Shown here piece after piece: positions 41,071-49,546 of a DNA stretch of 64,000 nt. The translations under genes were made by a program, and so were the position numbers. The DNA comes from an uncultured bacterium. Its GTDB lineage: Bacteria; Fidelibacterota; Marinisomatia; Marinisomatales; TCS55. How positions within the stretch are numbered: position 1 is the stretch's first letter; every line of letters starts with the position of its first letter. The stretch spans positions 15,340-79,339 of the forward strand of contig CAYXMX010000002.1 of NCBI GenBank assembly GCA_964466265.1, in the 5' to 3' direction. The notes beneath the pieces are model-generated. The model had not been told where the DNA came from and searched no databases. It saw only the letters and a list, made by a program, of their open reading frames with translations.

Positions 41071-41513
41071 TGACCTTGTTTACTAGCCAAGAAAGAGTGA
41101 TTATTCTTTTTTTAATATTTTCGGTCGCTATCGGGTTAGTTGCCGGAGGAATTAAACGAAAACTATTCTTACCTGATTATACGCAAAGCACAAATCAAGA
41201 AATTGAAGCGTTTAATACGACAGTAAAAAAAATAAAAAAATCTCTATTGATTGAAAATAGTGAATCCTCAACAAAAACGGATGACTTTGAGGTCGAAGTT
41301 TCTGTAATATTATTAAATATTAATTCAGCAAATAAATCAGATTTATTATCTTTACCTAATATTGGTGAAGTAACAGCTAATAGGATAATTCGTTATCGTG
41401 AAGACTACGGTCCTTTTAAATCCATTGATGATTTATTAAAAGTAAAAGGGATTGGTCCGAGAACTTTTAAAAAGATGAAACCATTAATCACAGCAGGAAC
41501 AAATGGAAAATAA
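41070..41513 (+). CDS. comEA: ComEA-like helix-hairpin-helix DNA-binding protein
   Basis: N-terminal TM helix. C-terminal NINSANKSDLLSLPNIGEVTANRIIRYREDYGPFKSIDDLLKVKGIGPRTFKKM is a tandem HhH motif. Confidence 0.75.
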   Translation: MTLFTSQERVIILFLIFSVAIGLVAGGIKRKLFLPDYTQSTNQEIEAFNTTVKKIKKSLLIENSESSTKTDDFEVEVSVILLNINSANKSDLLSLPNIGEVTANRIIRYREDYGPFKSIDDLLKVKGIGPRTFKKMKPLITAGTNGK

Positions 41514-42258
41514 AATTAAAAAACGTCAATTAAGATCAGATATACTGGAATTATTTATTGTGTTATCTTTGATATTTATGATTATTACCATTTATGTCCC
41601 AAAAGCTATATGGGAAGAAGAGGAGATTATTCAGAATAACAGCCGATTCAAAATTCAAAACCTATATGATGTTGAAATGTTTTATCAAACATTAAATGAT
41701 TCATTTAGCATTGATGGAGCCTGGGCCATTGATCTTATAGACGCAATCAGAGACTCGGTTCACGCTGATTCAACTTATATCGGTGAGCAATCATTCACGC
41801 TTAATGGTAAGAAAGTAAACGTCAATATTCCAAAAACATTTGATATTGAATTTGATACTACGTTTGGCTTCCCTCGGACCCGGCGGGATACGATTATTGA
41901 TACAACACACACCATCGTTGTATACTCTGAAGATTTAGGTAGAAACGATACGATTTTTATTCAACATAAGCAGTTAAATCAGTATGAATCTAATCCCAAC
42001 TTTGTTGGATTAGTTGGGACTGAAGTCAAAGAAAGAACTGAGTTAATTAATTATTATGATTCTTATCAACCAGATGACTCATTGCTATATTGTCCATTGA
42101 CACAGGATCCGTACATTATTACTATTTCAGATGATAAAAGTGGTATCAGGGTAGCAAGCCCTATCACCGATTTGTATAAAGAACGTCGATATTTAATCTT
42201 CTCATTCAAAGCACGAAATCACGGTTATATCAATGACGGTATCCGCAGTTGGGACTAA
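41503..42258 (+). CDS. hypothetical protein with pilin-like N-terminal hydrophobic segment
   Basis: The N-terminus KKRQLRSDILELFIVLSLIFMIITIYVP resembles a class III (prepilin-type) signal with a Glu about 5 residues into the helix. It lacks the canonical Gly at -1. Confidence 0.45.
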   Translation: MENKIKKRQLRSDILELFIVLSLIFMIITIYVPKAIWEEEEIIQNNSRFKIQNLYDVEMFYQTLNDSFSIDGAWAIDLIDAIRDSVHADSTYIGEQSFTLNGKKVNVNIPKTFDIEFDTTFGFPRTRRDTIIDTTHTIVVYSEDLGRNDTIFIQHKQLNQYESNPNFVGLVGTEVKERTELINYYDSYQPDDSLLYCPLTQDPYIITISDDKSGIRVASPITDLYKERRYLIFSFKARNHGYINDGIRSWD

Positions 42259-42267
42259 CGTCTCTCT

Positions 42268-43986
42268 GTGATTTATCTTTCATTTAATTCTTCTCATCTG
42301 CTGTGTACCGTATGGTCATACGGTAAGGAGAAACCCATATTAACACACATAGTTGAATTACACTTACCGGCCAATTTTGCGTTGGCTAGGGGGGATGAAC
42401 GACTATTTAAGAAATTATTTAATAACATTATTGAATCACTTACACGGGAAATTTCCTTAGATGGACAGGATATTATTGTAACAATTCCCGATGACTGGGT
42501 TCATCATAATTTTATGCAGGGAGATTTGGGATTAAATAAGGATGATAATTGGAATATCATTTTATGGCAAAAATCACTGCGATATGGACCTCATAGTAAA
42601 GAATTTTCTACATATGCAGAGCCAGTTCAAAATAACTTCATTCATGTGATTCATATACCGACTATTTTTATTTCTTCAATGAAATTTTCATTGATTGAAT
42701 ACGGTGCTTTACCAGTTTGGTTTGGGACTGAATCTATGTCTTTTACAGGAACACAAGATCGTACATTCGGTATCGCCTCAAATGATCAATCTGGATATCA
42801 CCTGTTTATTGTGTCTAATCTCTTGTTTTTTTATGGTACTGCCCGATTCATTAAAGGAAACTGGAAAGTAACTCACTCCTTTGGATTTGATGATGAAATA
42901 AGTAATCTTCTGAATGATAAAACCAGTCCCTCAATTGAATCATTTAATACGATTTATCCTTTGGATGAACTATCGCCATTGCGACAGGCACATTGGTCAG
43001 GTTTTGAGTTAAATTCTATTGAGATTTTCAAAAATGGCTTAATCGAAGTTGCTGAAACTATGGATGAATATTCGCATCATTTGCTTACTATTCAATCTAT
43101 ATTATTGGATGAATCATTTTGTCGATCAGGGCAGAATTTCTTTTTACCGGCGGGTTTTAATGACGATCCGATCAATAAAGAATCTGAAACGCAAAGCGAA
43201 GGAAGAGAAGATGAAAAGTCAGAGAATGTGACTCAACTTCCTAGAGTGAATAGAAAACTGATTAAGACAAAGACCGCTATTGTGCAAAGAGTGGTTGGTT
43301 TTTTTACCATTGTTGTCATTATTCTTGCTTTTATTTATTCCGTTTATCAAAACAAAACCATTGAAACATCCATCATTCCCCTATCAACAGAAAAGACAGA
43401 TGTAGAAGTCTCGCATGAAATAGAGACGATTCAATCAAAATATCCCAGTCAATTACTTGGAATAATGGATCAATCCCAATCCATGATTTCTGCTATTGAG
43501 TTTATTTTTGCAAATGTTGACTATAAAAAAATTACGTTTCTTTCGACCAGTAATCTTGATTTACAAGTCGAGATCGTCAATGGTGAAGAAGTGAAAACTG
43601 ATTTTACTGAATTGGGTACCATGATAAATTATACAGTTACTGGAATAGACTGCTGTGGTGGATATAAACATTTTTATGAATTTCAATTACCCATAATAAA
43701 GTCTATTGATTTGGGAGTGCAAGGAACATCTGCTTCTTTTGAAGCTGTCTTAAATAATATGGATGTTCAAGTCGAGAAGCTTATTCGTAAAGAAAAAGGA
43801 GCATTTACTCAAACGCCGTTTATTATTAAAGGAACGAGTGAACAGAGCCGAAAAGATATTCTAGAGTTAATAAAATATCATGGAGAAAATATATTAATCA
43901 GAAAAGTAATAATAAAAATGGATCTCGAGATTGGTGCCCCAAAAACTGTGTTTTATGTTTCTGTGTTTGAGCGGAAAAATAAATAA
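42268..43986 (+). CDS. hypothetical bitopic protein (cytoplasmic N-terminal domain of about 335 aa, one TM helix, periplasmic C-terminal domain of about 215 aa)
   Basis: GTG start. A single strongly hydrophobic helix, VVGFFTIVVIILAFIYSVY, preceded by an acidic, low-complexity linker. Any PilM/N/O-like reading is inference only. Confidence 0.5.
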   Translation: MIYLSFNSSHLLCTVWSYGKEKPILTHIVELHLPANFALARGDERLFKKLFNNIIESLTREISLDGQDIIVTIPDDWVHHNFMQGDLGLNKDDNWNIILWQKSLRYGPHSKEFSTYAEPVQNNFIHVIHIPTIFISSMKFSLIEYGALPVWFGTESMSFTGTQDRTFGIASNDQSGYHLFIVSNLLFFYGTARFIKGNWKVTHSFGFDDEISNLLNDKTSPSIESFNTIYPLDELSPLRQAHWSGFELNSIEIFKNGLIEVAETMDEYSHHLLTIQSILLDESFCRSGQNFFLPAGFNDDPINKESETQSEGREDEKSENVTQLPRVNRKLIKTKTAIVQRVVGFFTIVVIILAFIYSVYQNKTIETSIIPLSTEKTDVEVSHEIETIQSKYPSQLLGIMDQSQSMISAIEFIFANVDYKKITFLSTSNLDLQVEIVNGEEVKTDFTELGTMINYTVTGIDCCGGYKHFYEFQLPIIKSIDLGVQGTSASFEAVLNNMDVQVEKLIRKEKGAFTQTPFIIKGTSEQSRKDILELIKYHGENILIRKVIIKMDLEIGAPKTVFYVSVFERKNK

Positions 43987-44492
43987 TGCGCATATTGTCT
44001 GGGCGGTATAAAGGTCGTCAGGTAAAGACTATTCAAAATAGTGGTTATCGTCCAACTCAGTCAAAAATTCGTAAGAGCTTATTTGATATATTAGGAAATT
44101 TAGACAATAGCTCCTTTCTAGATTTATATGCCGGGAGCGGTATTGTTGGATTTGAAGCTTCAAGCCGGGGGGCAAAAAAGGTTTCATTTGTAGAGAAAGA
44201 ATCAATATATGTCCAATTATTGAGACAAAATGCAAGACATTTTGAAAATCAACCATTCAATATATATAAACAATCTGTTTTAACGTTTTTAAAAGGTGAT
44301 GATAATTTTGATATCATTTTTGCGGATCCACCTTATCATAGCAATGAATTATTTGAACTGGTTAAATTGGCTCTGGAACATCTATCGAAGAATGGACGTT
44401 TTATCCTTGAAACAAGAAAAGAAACTAAATTACCACTGGGAGCTAACATTAGAACTTACGGTGATACTCATTTGAATATATGGACAAGATAA
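43986..44492 (+). CDS. rsmD: 16S rRNA (guanine966-N2)-methyltransferase RsmD
   Basis: RPTQSKIRKSLFDIL, SAM-binding DLYAGSGIVGFEASSRGA and catalytic ADPPY. Confidence 0.85.
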   Translation: MRILSGRYKGRQVKTIQNSGYRPTQSKIRKSLFDILGNLDNSSFLDLYAGSGIVGFEASSRGAKKVSFVEKESIYVQLLRQNARHFENQPFNIYKQSVLTFLKGDDNFDIIFADPPYHSNELFELVKLALEHLSKNGRFILETRKETKLPLGANIRTYGDTHLNIWTR

Positions 44493-44968
44493 GAAGAATA
44501 CTGTATCCGGGAACATTTGATCCTATTACCAATGGACATTTGGACATCGCCGAACGTGCAGCAAAACTGTTTGATAAATTGGTTTTTGTCGTTGCTAATA
44601 ATGCTGACAAAAATCCGTTATTTAATGTTGATGAACGGATGGAAATGATATTGAAATCTACAGGACACATAAAGAATGTTGTCGTTAAATCTACAAACAA
44701 ATTAATTGTTGATTTTGCCAAAGATATTTCTGCGATGGCTATTATTAGAGGATTGAGACATGTGAGTGATTTTGAATATGAGTTTCAAATGGCCATGATG
44801 AATTATCATATGGCACCGGAAATCACCACAATATTTATGATGCCCGGAGAGAAATATATTCATTTGAATTCATCAGTCCTTAAAGATATTGTCAAATTAA
44901 ATGGGGATGTTTCTGACTTTGTTCCGTCTTACGTATTAGATCAATTACATATCAAATTTGATAGTTAA
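44480..44968 (+). CDS. coaD: pantetheine-phosphate adenylyltransferase
   Basis: YPGTFDPITNGHLDI (T/HxGH) and RGLRHVSDFEYE. Confidence 0.93.
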   Translation: MDKIRRILYPGTFDPITNGHLDIAERAAKLFDKLVFVVANNADKNPLFNVDERMEMILKSTGHIKNVVVKSTNKLIVDFAKDISAMAIIRGLRHVSDFEYEFQMAMMNYHMAPEITTIFMMPGEKYIHLNSSVLKDIVKLNGDVSDFVPSYVLDQLHIKFDS

Positions 44969-45029
44969 TATTTTGTAAATTTGTACTCTTATTTTGTTTA
45001 ACTTTTTTTGTTGATAAAAAGGAAACTCA

Positions 45030-45281
45030 ATGCCTACTTATGATTATAGTTGTAATGAATGTGGACATACCTTTGAAAAGTTTCAATCCATGTCAGATAC
45101 TCCTGTAAAGATATGTCCATTATGCCATGGAAGTGTCCGTCGATTAGTTAGCGGTGGAACTGGAATTATTTTTAAAGGATCTGGATATTATTTTACCGAT
45201 TATAAAAAAAAGAAATCGTCTTCTAATGATAATACTGAACCAAAAACTGAATCAAAAAATAAAGTAAAGAAAGAAAAATAA
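45030..45281 (+). CDS. FmdB-family zinc-ribbon protein
   Basis: MPTYDYSCNECGHTFE...CPLCHG gives two CxxC pairs. Lys-rich tail. Confidence 0.85.
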   Translation: MPTYDYSCNECGHTFEKFQSMSDTPVKICPLCHGSVRRLVSGGTGIIFKGSGYYFTDYKKKKSSSNDNTEPKTESKNKVKKEK

Positions 45282-45284
45282 TAA

Positions 45285-46526
45285 ATGTCAGAAAAAATAC
45301 ATTACACTGTTCCCGCTATGGGTGAAAAAATCTCACTTAATAACGGCGATTTGGTTATCCCTGATCATCCAATCATCCCCTTTATTGAAGGAGACGGAAT
45401 TGGACCAGATATTTGGAGAGCTTCTGAAAAGGTTTTTAATGCTGCGATTAATAAAGCATACAGCGGAGATCGTAAAATTCAATGGATGGAGATTTTTGCT
45501 GGTGAAAAAGCGTATAATTTAACGGGAGAATGGCTTCCCATCGAAACACCGAAGGCAATTGAAGAATATTTCATTGCCATTAAAGGGCCCCTAACAACAC
45601 CGATCGGCGGTGGTATCAGAAGTTTAAATGTGTCCCTCAGACAGCAATTAGATCTCTATACATGTTTGCGCCCAATTCAATACTTTGAGGGAGTACCCAG
45701 TCCAGTCTCGGAGCCAGCAAAATTAAATGTGATTATTTTTAGAGAAAATACTGAAGATGTTTACTCAGGTATTGAGTGGGAGAGTGGATCAGAAGAAGCC
45801 ATTAGTTTAATTAATATAATTAAGGAAAAATTTAATAAGGAGATCAGAGAGTCCTCTGGCATCGGAATTAAACCTATTAGTCCTTTCGGTTCAAAGCGGT
45901 TAATTCGCAAAGCGATTCAATATGCAATTACTCATAACAGGAAAAGCGTGACCATTGTGCATAAGGGTAATATAATGAAATTTACAGAAGGTAGTTTCAG
46001 AGATTGGGGATATGAATTAGCAAAGGAAGAATTTGCTGATGATGTTATCACTGAATCAAAATTCTGGGATAAATATTCAGATATTGGTACAGACAAAGTG
46101 ATCCTTAAAGACAGGATTGCTGATGCAATGTTTCAGCAGGTGTTATTAAGACCAGATGAATATGATGTGATAGCCACTACGAATTTAACTGGTGATTATT
46201 TATCGGATGCATGTGCCGCTCAGGTTGGAGGGCTTGGACTGGCGCCGGGAGCCAATATATCCGATCATATTGCCTTGTTTGAAGCGACTCATGGAACAGC
46301 TCCTAAATATGCCAATCAAGATAAAGTAAATCCTGGTTCTCTTATTTTATCAGGTGTAATGATGTTGGAGTATATGGGGTGGAATGAAGCTGGTAAAATG
46401 ATTACAGACGCAATGGGAAAAACTATCAGACAAAAGAGAGTAACCTATGATTTAGAGAGACAAATGGAAGGAGCTATAAAATTATCAACGTCTGGTTTTG
46501 CGGAAGCAATTATCAGCAACCTGTAA
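45285..46526 (+). CDS. icd: NADP-dependent isocitrate dehydrogenase
   Basis: [18 protein letters not shown] and [26 protein letters not shown]. Confidence 0.95.
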   Translation: MSEKIHYTVPAMGEKISLNNGDLVIPDHPIIPFIEGDGIGPDIWRASEKVFNAAINKAYSGDRKIQWMEIFAGEKAYNLTGEWLPIETPKAIEEYFIAIKGPLTTPIGGGIRSLNVSLRQQLDLYTCLRPIQYFEGVPSPVSEPAKLNVIIFRENTEDVYSGIEWESGSEEAISLINIIKEKFNKEIRESSGIGIKPISPFGSKRLIRKAIQYAITHNRKSVTIVHKGNIMKFTEGSFRDWGYELAKEEFADDVITESKFWDKYSDIGTDKVILKDRIADAMFQQVLLRPDEYDVIATTNLTGDYLSDACAAQVGGLGLAPGANISDHIALFEATHGTAPKYANQDKVNPGSLILSGVMMLEYMGWNEAGKMITDAMGKTIRQKRVTYDLERQMEGAIKLSTSGFAEAIISNL

Positions 46527-46544
46527 GAAATGAAAAAATGTAGG

Positions 46545-46572
46545 AAAGGGTGGGCTTTTTGCGCACCTTTTT
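46545..46572 (+). terminator. putative intrinsic terminator after icd
   Basis: AAAGGGTGGGC-TTTTT-GCGCACCTTT forms an imperfect GC-containing hairpin (one bulge, one mismatch) running into a T-run. It lies in the 60-bp gap before obg. Confidence 0.45.
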
Positions 46573-46586
46573 CATTATAAAGTAAA

Positions 46587-47561
46587 ATGTTTATTGATTA
46601 TACAGTTTTAAAATGCAAGTCTGGACAGGGTGGACCCGGCGCAGTAACTTTTCGACGAGAAAAATTTATCCCCAAAGGAGGTCCTAGTGGAGGAGATGGC
46701 GGGAAAGGTGGCGATATTATTTTCTGTGCTGATCCTCAATTACATACACTTCAAGATGTACGATATAAAAGGACTTACCAGGCTGAAAATGGTCAACCTG
46801 GCTCTTCGAATCAAAAGTCGGGTAAAAATGGAAAGAATAATGTCATTCGAGTGCCCTTAGGAACCGTTATTAAAGTTGAAAGTACCGGGGAAGTAGTGGC
46901 CGATCTTATAAAGGCTGGAGAAGAATTTATTGCACTAAGGGGTGGTAAAGGCGGAAAGGGAAATGCGAAGTTTAAATCTGCTACTCACCAAACACCCAGA
47001 TATGCACAGCCTGGACTGGGAGGTGAACAAGAAATCTTCGCAGTTGAATTAAAAGTATTAGCTGATGTAGGGCTTGTAGGGTTACCAAATGCAGGAAAAT
47101 CAACGTTATTATCCGTCATTTCTTCAGCTAGGCCGAAGGTTGCTAATTATCCCTTCACTACATTAGTTCCAAAACTCGGTATTGTAAAATATGGTGAATA
47201 TAAATCATTTGTCATGGCAGATATTCCAGGACTAATAAAAGGTGCCGCCGAAGGAAAGGGACTAGGACATCAATTCTTGAAACATGTAGAGCGAACACAG
47301 GTCTTATTATTTATGATTGAATACACAGAACCCAATCCGGAGGTTGTTTTTAAAATACTCTATGATGAATTAAAAACATATAACCCAGACTTGGAGAAAA
47401 AACCTTTCTTAATTATTAGAACCAAGATTGATTTGAAAAATGATGAATCAGATAATCGGTGGAAAAAAATAGATCACTACTTCGATATTTCATCTGTAGG
47501 AAATATTGGAATTAAGAAATTAATATCTTCTATTGTTGCCCTGTTAAATGAAAAAGAATGA
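46587..47561 (+). CDS. obg: GTPase Obg/CgtA
   Basis: The Obg fold FIDYTVLKCKSGQGGPGAVTFRREKFIPKGGPSGGDGGKGGDI, G1 GLPNAGKSTLL and G3 DIPGLI. Confidence 0.95.
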   Translation: MFIDYTVLKCKSGQGGPGAVTFRREKFIPKGGPSGGDGGKGGDIIFCADPQLHTLQDVRYKRTYQAENGQPGSSNQKSGKNGKNNVIRVPLGTVIKVESTGEVVADLIKAGEEFIALRGGKGGKGNAKFKSATHQTPRYAQPGLGGEQEIFAVELKVLADVGLVGLPNAGKSTLLSVISSARPKVANYPFTTLVPKLGIVKYGEYKSFVMADIPGLIKGAAEGKGLGHQFLKHVERTQVLLFMIEYTEPNPEVVFKILYDELKTYNPDLEKKPFLIIRTKIDLKNDESDNRWKKIDHYFDISSVGNIGIKKLISSIVALLNEKE

Positions 47562-48642
47562 TCTAATTAACATATTGAACTTGATGAATGTTCCCGGGCT
47601 GGGACCCCAAAGAGTGCGAAACATAACGGCTCATTATGGAACGGTTAATGCTGTTTTCAATGCTTCCAGGAGAGATTTATGTCAGTGTCCTGGGATCGAT
47701 TTGGCAGTAGCTAATTCAATATTATGTTATAAAAATTATGATTTCGGTAAAGCGGAAGTTGAAAAAGCAGAAAAGTCTCAGGTTGCGATAATTACTATTT
47801 GGGACAATGAATATCCAATCCTATTAAAGAAAATATATAATCCTCCTGTTCTTCTATATGTCTATGGAAGACCATTAATGAAGGATGATGATAGTGTAGC
47901 TGTTGTTGGAACAAGAAAACTGACACCTTATGGAAAAAGTATAGCAAAATCCATTGTGAAGGACCTGAATTCTGCCGGGCTAACGGTCGTCAGCGGGCTG
48001 GCTCGGGGAATAGATACAGTTGCACATAGAGAAACAGTTGCTAATGATGCTCGAACCATTGCTGTTCTGGGAAGTGGGATTGATATTATTTATCCTGCAG
48101 AAAATAGGAAATTATTTCATGAAATTTCCGAAAATGGATCTATTATATCTGAATTCAAATTAGGTACGAAACCGGATGGGGGAAATTTCCCTCAGAGAAA
48201 TCGAATTATTAGTGGGTTATGTCATGCAACGATAATAATTGAAGCAGGACATAAAAGCGGAGCAATTTTAACCGCTTTTAATGCCATTGATCAAAACAGG
48301 GACGTATTCGCCGTCCCGGGAAGAGTGACAGATCCTCAGAGTAGAGGTACAAACAGATTAATTCGTCACGGAGCATTTCCTGTTGAGAGAGGGAAGCAGG
48401 TTATTGAGCAAATTCAACCAAAATTATTTAAGCCTCATTACCCGATTCAGGAAAAAATAGATTTAAAATTATCCAATGATGAAAGAGGTTTATTACTCTT
48501 TCTCAATCATCAACCCAAACATATTGATGATATTGTGTTAGCATCTGGCACGAGTTTAACAAAAGTGCTGACGCTACTTTTAGGAATGGAATTGAAGGGA
48601 GTAGTTATACAATTGAGTGGGAAACAGTTTGTACGTGCATGA
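47548..48642 (+). CDS. dprA: DNA processing protein DprA
   Basis: SGLARGIDTVAHRETV, PQRNRIISGL and RGTNRLIRHGA motifs. Confidence 0.9.
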   Translation: MKKNDLINILNLMNVPGLGPQRVRNITAHYGTVNAVFNASRRDLCQCPGIDLAVANSILCYKNYDFGKAEVEKAEKSQVAIITIWDNEYPILLKKIYNPPVLLYVYGRPLMKDDDSVAVVGTRKLTPYGKSIAKSIVKDLNSAGLTVVSGLARGIDTVAHRETVANDARTIAVLGSGIDIIYPAENRKLFHEISENGSIISEFKLGTKPDGGNFPQRNRIISGLCHATIIIEAGHKSGAILTAFNAIDQNRDVFAVPGRVTDPQSRGTNRLIRHGAFPVERGKQVIEQIQPKLFKPHYPIQEKIDLKLSNDERGLLLFLNHQPKHIDDIVLASGTSLTKVLTLLLGMELKGVVIQLSGKQFVRA

Positions 48643-48690
48643 TCAGGTTACTAATTTCCCGGCCGTAAAATCAATACATTTAAAATACTT

Positions 48691-48781
48691 GGAGAGGTGG
48701 CCGAGCTGGCTGAAGGCGCTCGCCTGCTAAGTGAGTAACCGGAGATAATCTGGTTCGAGAGTTCGAATCTCTCCCTCTCCG
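48691..48781 (+). tRNA. tRNA-Ser (anticodon GCU), class II with long variable arm
   Basis: The acceptor GGAGAGG pairs with CCTCTCC. The anticodon stem CTCGC/GTGAG flanks the loop CT-GCT-AA. Variable arm CCGGA-gataa-TCTGG. T arm GAGAG-TTCGAAT-CTCTC. Discriminator G; no encoded CCA. Confidence 0.93.
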
Positions 48782-49130
48782 CAATGTGAAGCAGAAGATG
48801 AAGCAAATATGTCATCTCTGTTTTTGATAAAGAAAATGATTATTTGACCAGTATCCTGCAGAGGACTGAATACTATCCAACCTTTCTCTTTAGTCAACCG
48901 ATTTAAGTGTATTTTAATATTAATGATTTTGAATATAGTGATTATCAGTTTATCAATCATGGAATTATCATAATTGAAAATAAAAAATGACAACCGGATA
49001 CATTTTAAAGTGTCCGTATATTCAGTTGTGAATAGAAAATTAAGCAGGGCACGATAACAAGAGTGAATAGTTCTTGGATCGATTCCGTCATCGTTCGTGT
49101 CCTGTTTAAAAAATAAATTAAAGGAATGAT

Positions 49131-49298
49131 ATGACTAATTTTATTTACCATAAAGAAGCATGGATTCGAAATGGAATTTCCTTTGGGTCTGCAATGTCTA
49201 TTGCGATTTCATTCTCCATCAACAAATCAGTTATATGGGCTATTTTCCACGGTATGTTATCCTGGGTTTATGTTATTTACTACATAGTGGTGTACTAA
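49131..49298 (+). CDS. small two-TM membrane protein (55 aa), below the track cutoff
   Basis: AAGGA lies upstream of ATG 49131. Product: MTNFIYHKEAWIRNGISFGSAMSIAISFSINKSVIWAIFHGMLSWVYVIYYIVVY. Its stop overlaps the next start (TAATG). Confidence 0.5.
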   Translation: MTNFIYHKEAWIRNGISFGSAMSIAISFSINKSVIWAIFHGMLSWVYVIYYIVVY

Positions 49299-49495
49299 TG
49301 GAAAATGTAAAAAAATTATATCGCAATATAAGGCAGGGAAAAATTGCCGGTGTGTGTGCAGGAATTGCCGATTATTTTGAAATTGATCCTGTATTAATAC
49401 GATTGGTATTTATTCTGATGTTTTTCTGGGGAGGAGGAATCATCGCGTATATTGTTGCGTGGTTTATTGTGCCTCCAAAATTTGATAAAACATGA
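49298..49495 (+). CDS. small PspC-domain protein (65 aa)
   Basis: MENVKKLYRNIRQGKIAGVCAGIADYFEIDPVLIRLVFILMFFWGGGIIAYIVAWFIVP is a complete PspC domain. The 46-aa N-terminal extension in the track ORF (49160) has no support. Confidence 0.8.
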   Translation: MENVKKLYRNIRQGKIAGVCAGIADYFEIDPVLIRLVFILMFFWGGGIIAYIVAWFIVPPKFDKT

Positions 49496-49546
49496 TAGAA
49501 TCTGATTTGCTTTTTATAAATTCCCCGCAATTATTTATTCAATCTT

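Noticed and set aside
48727-48993. Minus-strand 88-aa ORF
   Set aside because: Its 3' part is the reverse complement of tRNA-Ser (48691-48781). The tRNA cloverleaf is complete, so the ORF is spurious.
48782-49130. A genomic island or prophage remnant integrated at tRNA-Ser
   Set aside because: There is no integrase, no direct repeat of the tRNA 3' end and no mobile-element genes. Downstream genes are ordinary and on the same strand.
49160-49297. 46-aa N-terminal extension of the small PspC protein as drawn in the track
   Set aside because: The extension overlaps a better-supported 55-aa membrane ORF in another frame. The complete PspC domain starts at the internal Met 49298, which is joined to the upstream stop by TAATG.
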